DNA from: Candidatus Bathyarchaeota archaeon
GTDB lineage: Archaea > Thermoproteota > Bathyarchaeia > 40CM-2-53-6
Direction of reading: 5' to 3'
DNA length: 64,000 nt
NCBI GenBank assembly: GCA_963783645.1
Contig: CAWAOH010000016.1
Location: 141,719-205,718, forward strand
A program made the position numbers and the translations under genes. This document shows positions 61,478 through 64,000 of the stretch, piece after piece (within the stretch, counting starts at the first letter, position 1; every line of letters begins with the position of its first letter). The notes beneath the pieces were generated by a model. The model had not been told where the DNA came from and did not search any database. It worked only from the letters and a program-made list of their open reading frames with translations.

Positions 61478-64000
61478 TTGAAACGGTACAGATTTTGGGA
61501 GAGGAGTACAATCAGCGGTGATGAGAAACCGTTCTGGAGCATTCCCAGCTCAGAGCTATTTGAGCAGCTTCAGACGACCCCTGAAGGTTTGACTAATGAT
61601 GAAGTTCAACGACGACTCTCGTCATATGGATACAATCTGTTAAAGGAAAAGAAGAAAGCTGACGCCATCACGCTTCTTCTTAATCAATTCAAGAGCCCTC
61701 TCGTAATCATCCTGCTGATTGCAGCTATACTTTCCATCTTTCTACAGGATCCCGCAAGTGCAACAATTATCTTGGCCATCGTCTTCGTCAGCGGCATACT
61801 CGGATTCTGGCAAGAACGCGGCGCAACCGATGCCGTGAAGAAGTTACTCTCAATCGTACAGGTCAATACGACTGCGCTGCGCAACGGAGAACCAAGCCAA
61901 ATTCCCATAGAGCAGATCGTACCAGGAGATGTCGTGATACTGAACGCGGGGAACATGGTTCCCGGTGACTGCACACTTATCGAAGTTAGGGACCTTTTCC
62001 TTGATGAAGCGACGCTAACGGGTGAGACTTACCCGGCAGAAAAATCCGTCGGTGTCCTTGCGCCTGACGCACCTTTGAGCGCTCGCTCAAACACTCTCTT
62101 CATGGGAACTCATGTCGTCAGCGGTACTGGCAAAGCTCTTGTCGTAACAACCGGGAAGAAAACCGAATTCGGACGAATTTCTGAAAGTCTTACGCTTAAA
62201 CCGCCAGAGACAGATTTTGAGCGTGGCATCAGGCGATTCGGCTACCTCCTCATGGAAATCACTCTAATCATGGTAATCGCAATTTTCGCTGTCAACGCCT
62301 ACTTCGGACGACCAATCCTTGTATCCTTTCTCTTCTCAGTGGCACTGGCAGTTGGTCTAACACCACAACTACTACCCGCCATCGTAACTGTAAATCTCGC
62401 GCACGGAGCGAAGGAAATGGCTACGCGGAAAGTCATCGTGAAACGACTTGTCTCAATTGAAAACTTTGGGAGCATGAACCTTCTCTGTTCGGACAAGACG
62501 GGAACCCTAACAGAAGGACAAGTACAGGTCCATTCCACCATTGATATCGAAGGTAACGCCAGCGAAAAGGTTCTCCTATACGCATGTCTGAACGCCAATT
62601 TTGAGAGCGGCTTTGCAAACCCCATAGACGAAGCAATCCGAGCGAAGAATACCTTCGACCTCACACCTTACAAGAAAGTGGACGAAGTGCCGTACGATTT
62701 TGTGCGGAAGAGACTCAGTATCCTGGTGTCAAAGGATAACGTGTATATCATGACGACGAAGGGCGCGGTACCAAACGTACTCGATGTCTGCGCCCAGGCA
62801 GAGACCTCGAATGGGGTCGTTCAGATTGCAGATGTTCGTGAGAAAATCCAGCAACGCTTCGAAGACTTGAGCCGTCAAGGTTTCCGGCTGCTTGGCGTGG
62901 CATACAAGAACGTTCTTGCTGACCGCATAGGCAAGGATCAAGAAACTCAGATGACTTTCTTGGGGTTTTTGCTTCTGTTTGATCCGCCTAAGCCGATGAT
63001 TAACAAGGTTCTGCAAGATCTACAGAACCTGGGAATTTCTTTAAAGATCATAACAGGAGACAACCGATTCGTCGCTGCATCTCTAAGCACACAGGTAGGA
63101 CTAACCAGTTCACGTGTTCTAACGGGCCCTGAACTCCATCTTATGAGTGACGAAGCGCTCCTTCAACAAGTCAAAGATACCGACGTGTTCGCCGAAGTCG
63201 ATCCCAATCATAAAGAGCGAATTATCTTAGCCTTCAAGAAGGTAGGATATGTAGTAGGCTTCATGGGTGATGGAATTAATGACGCCTCAGCACTCCATGC
63301 TGCAGACGTCGGAATCTCGGTGAACACTGCAGTAGACGTAGCCAAGGAGGCTGCTGACATCGTGTTACTTGAGAAAGACTTGGGTGTTCTTGTGGAGGGT
63401 GTTCAAGATGGTCGAAAAACTTTCGCTAACACTCTCAAGTACGTGTTCATGGCTGTGAGTGCCAATTTCGGAAACATGTTCAGCATGGCCGGAGCTTCAC
63501 TCTTCTTATCCTTCCTACCCTTGCTGCCCACGCAAGTTCTGCTTACAAATCTTATGACCGACTTCCCTGAAATGGCCATACCCACAGATAGCGTTGACAG
63601 CGTCATGGTGCAGAAACCCAGACGCTGGAACGTAAAATTCATCCGGGACTTCATGATGACTTTCGGTCTCCTTAGTTCGGTCTTCGACTACGCAACATTC
63701 GGTGTACTTCTCTTCATTTTGCATGCAACAGTGGATCAATTCAGAACAGGTTGGTTCATTGAATCAGTGGTCTCCGCCACTCTGATTGTGTTGATCATTC
63801 GTACTCAACAGTCGTTCTTCAGAAGTAAGCCTAGCAAATATCTTCTGTTTGCAACAGTATCCGTAGTAATTGCAACTGTGCTTCTGCCCTTTACGGCCCT
63901 GGGAAAGTTGTTTGGATTTGTTCCTGTCTCGCTTACTTTCCTTCTGCTCGCTGCGATTATTGTTGGACTATACGTTCTGAGCGCGGAATTAGCCAAGCGG
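61478..64000 (+). CDS. mgtA: Magnesium-translocating P-type ATPase, 3' partial (absent from ORF track because no stop in window)
   Basis: Manual translation: DEATLTGETYP, LAVGLTPQLLP, DKTGTLT, TKGA, TGDN, MGDGINDA, SANFGNMFS. Confidence 0.9.
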   Translation, partial: MKRYRFWERSTISGDEKPFWSIPSSELFEQLQTTPEGLTNDEVQRRLSSYGYNLLKEKKKADAITLLLNQFKSPLVIILLIAAILSIFLQDPASATIILAIVFVSGILGFWQERGATDAVKKLLSIVQVNTTALRNGEPSQIPIEQIVPGDVVILNAGNMVPGDCTLIEVRDLFLDEATLTGETYPAEKSVGVLAPDAPLSARSNTLFMGTHVVSGTGKALVVTTGKKTEFGRISESLTLKPPETDFERGIRRFGYLLMEITLIMVIAIFAVNAYFGRPILVSFLFSVALAVGLTPQLLPAIVTVNLAHGAKEMATRKVIVKRLVSIENFGSMNLLCSDKTGTLTEGQVQVHSTIDIEGNASEKVLLYACLNANFESGFANPIDEAIRAKNTFDLTPYKKVDEVPYDFVRKRLSILVSKDNVYIMTTKGAVPNVLDVCAQAETSNGVVQIADVREKIQQRFEDLSRQGFRLLGVAYKNVLADRIGKDQETQMTFLGFLLLFDPPKPMINKVLQDLQNLGISLKIITGDNRFVAASLSTQVGLTSSRVLTGPELHLMSDEALLQQVKDTDVFAEVDPNHKERIILAFKKVGYVVGFMGDGINDASALHAADVGISVNTAVDVAKEAADIVLLEKDLGVLVEGVQDGRKTFANTLKYVFMAVSANFGNMFSMAGASLFLSFLPLLPTQVLLTNLMTDFPEMAIPTDSVDSVMVQKPRRWNVKFIRDFMMTFGLLSSVFDYATFGVLLFILHATVDQFRTGWFIESVVSATLIVLIIRTQQSFFRSKPSKYLLFATVSVVIATVLLPFTALGKLFGFVPVSLTFLLLAAIIVGLYVLSAELAKR

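Noticed and set aside
61684..63996. Minus-strand ORFs at the right end, and similar antisense ORFs such as 1534-2112, 10194-10862, 27319-27822 and 58068-58769
   Set aside because: Shadow frames of well-supported genes on the opposite strand.
1..64000. CRISPR array, rRNA, intact tRNA or IS element
   Set aside because: No regularly spaced repeats, rRNA-like tracts, complete cloverleaf or transposase motif seen by eye.

Overview
Archaeal chromosomal segment; gene content and style suggest the TACK group, most likely Bathyarchaeia (inference, no marker gene present). The left half (1-37 kb) is metabolic and regulatory. It holds a peptide ABC solute-binding protein, a membrane-anchored winged-helix regulator, a degenerate LarA homologue and pyrE. 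An acyl-CoA cluster follows, with MeaB, two divergent B12-dependent mutase large subunits (one methylmalonyl-CoA-type, one isobutyryl-CoA-mutase-type by active-site residues), one B12-binding subunit, thiolases and three DUF35 proteins. Then come split MetE plus MetF, biotin carboxylase/BCCP, a TrmB-KaiC-winged-helix signalling cluster, a radical SAM enzyme, an internally deleted archaeal PEP carboxylase, carAB and a carboxyltransferase. The right half (37-61 kb) is a mosaic accessory region of small genes and gene fragments: integrase stub, tRNA-like remnant, bioY, tatA, Tat-signal carbonic anhydrase, amidohydrolase, threonine synthase, class III aminotransferase, MFS, cupins and Zn-ribbon microproteins. 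The window ends in a Mg-type P-type ATPase. About a dozen genes carry small indels, probably long-read errors. I found no rRNA, intact tRNA, CRISPR array or intact transposase. All family assignments come from motif recognition by eye, without database searches.
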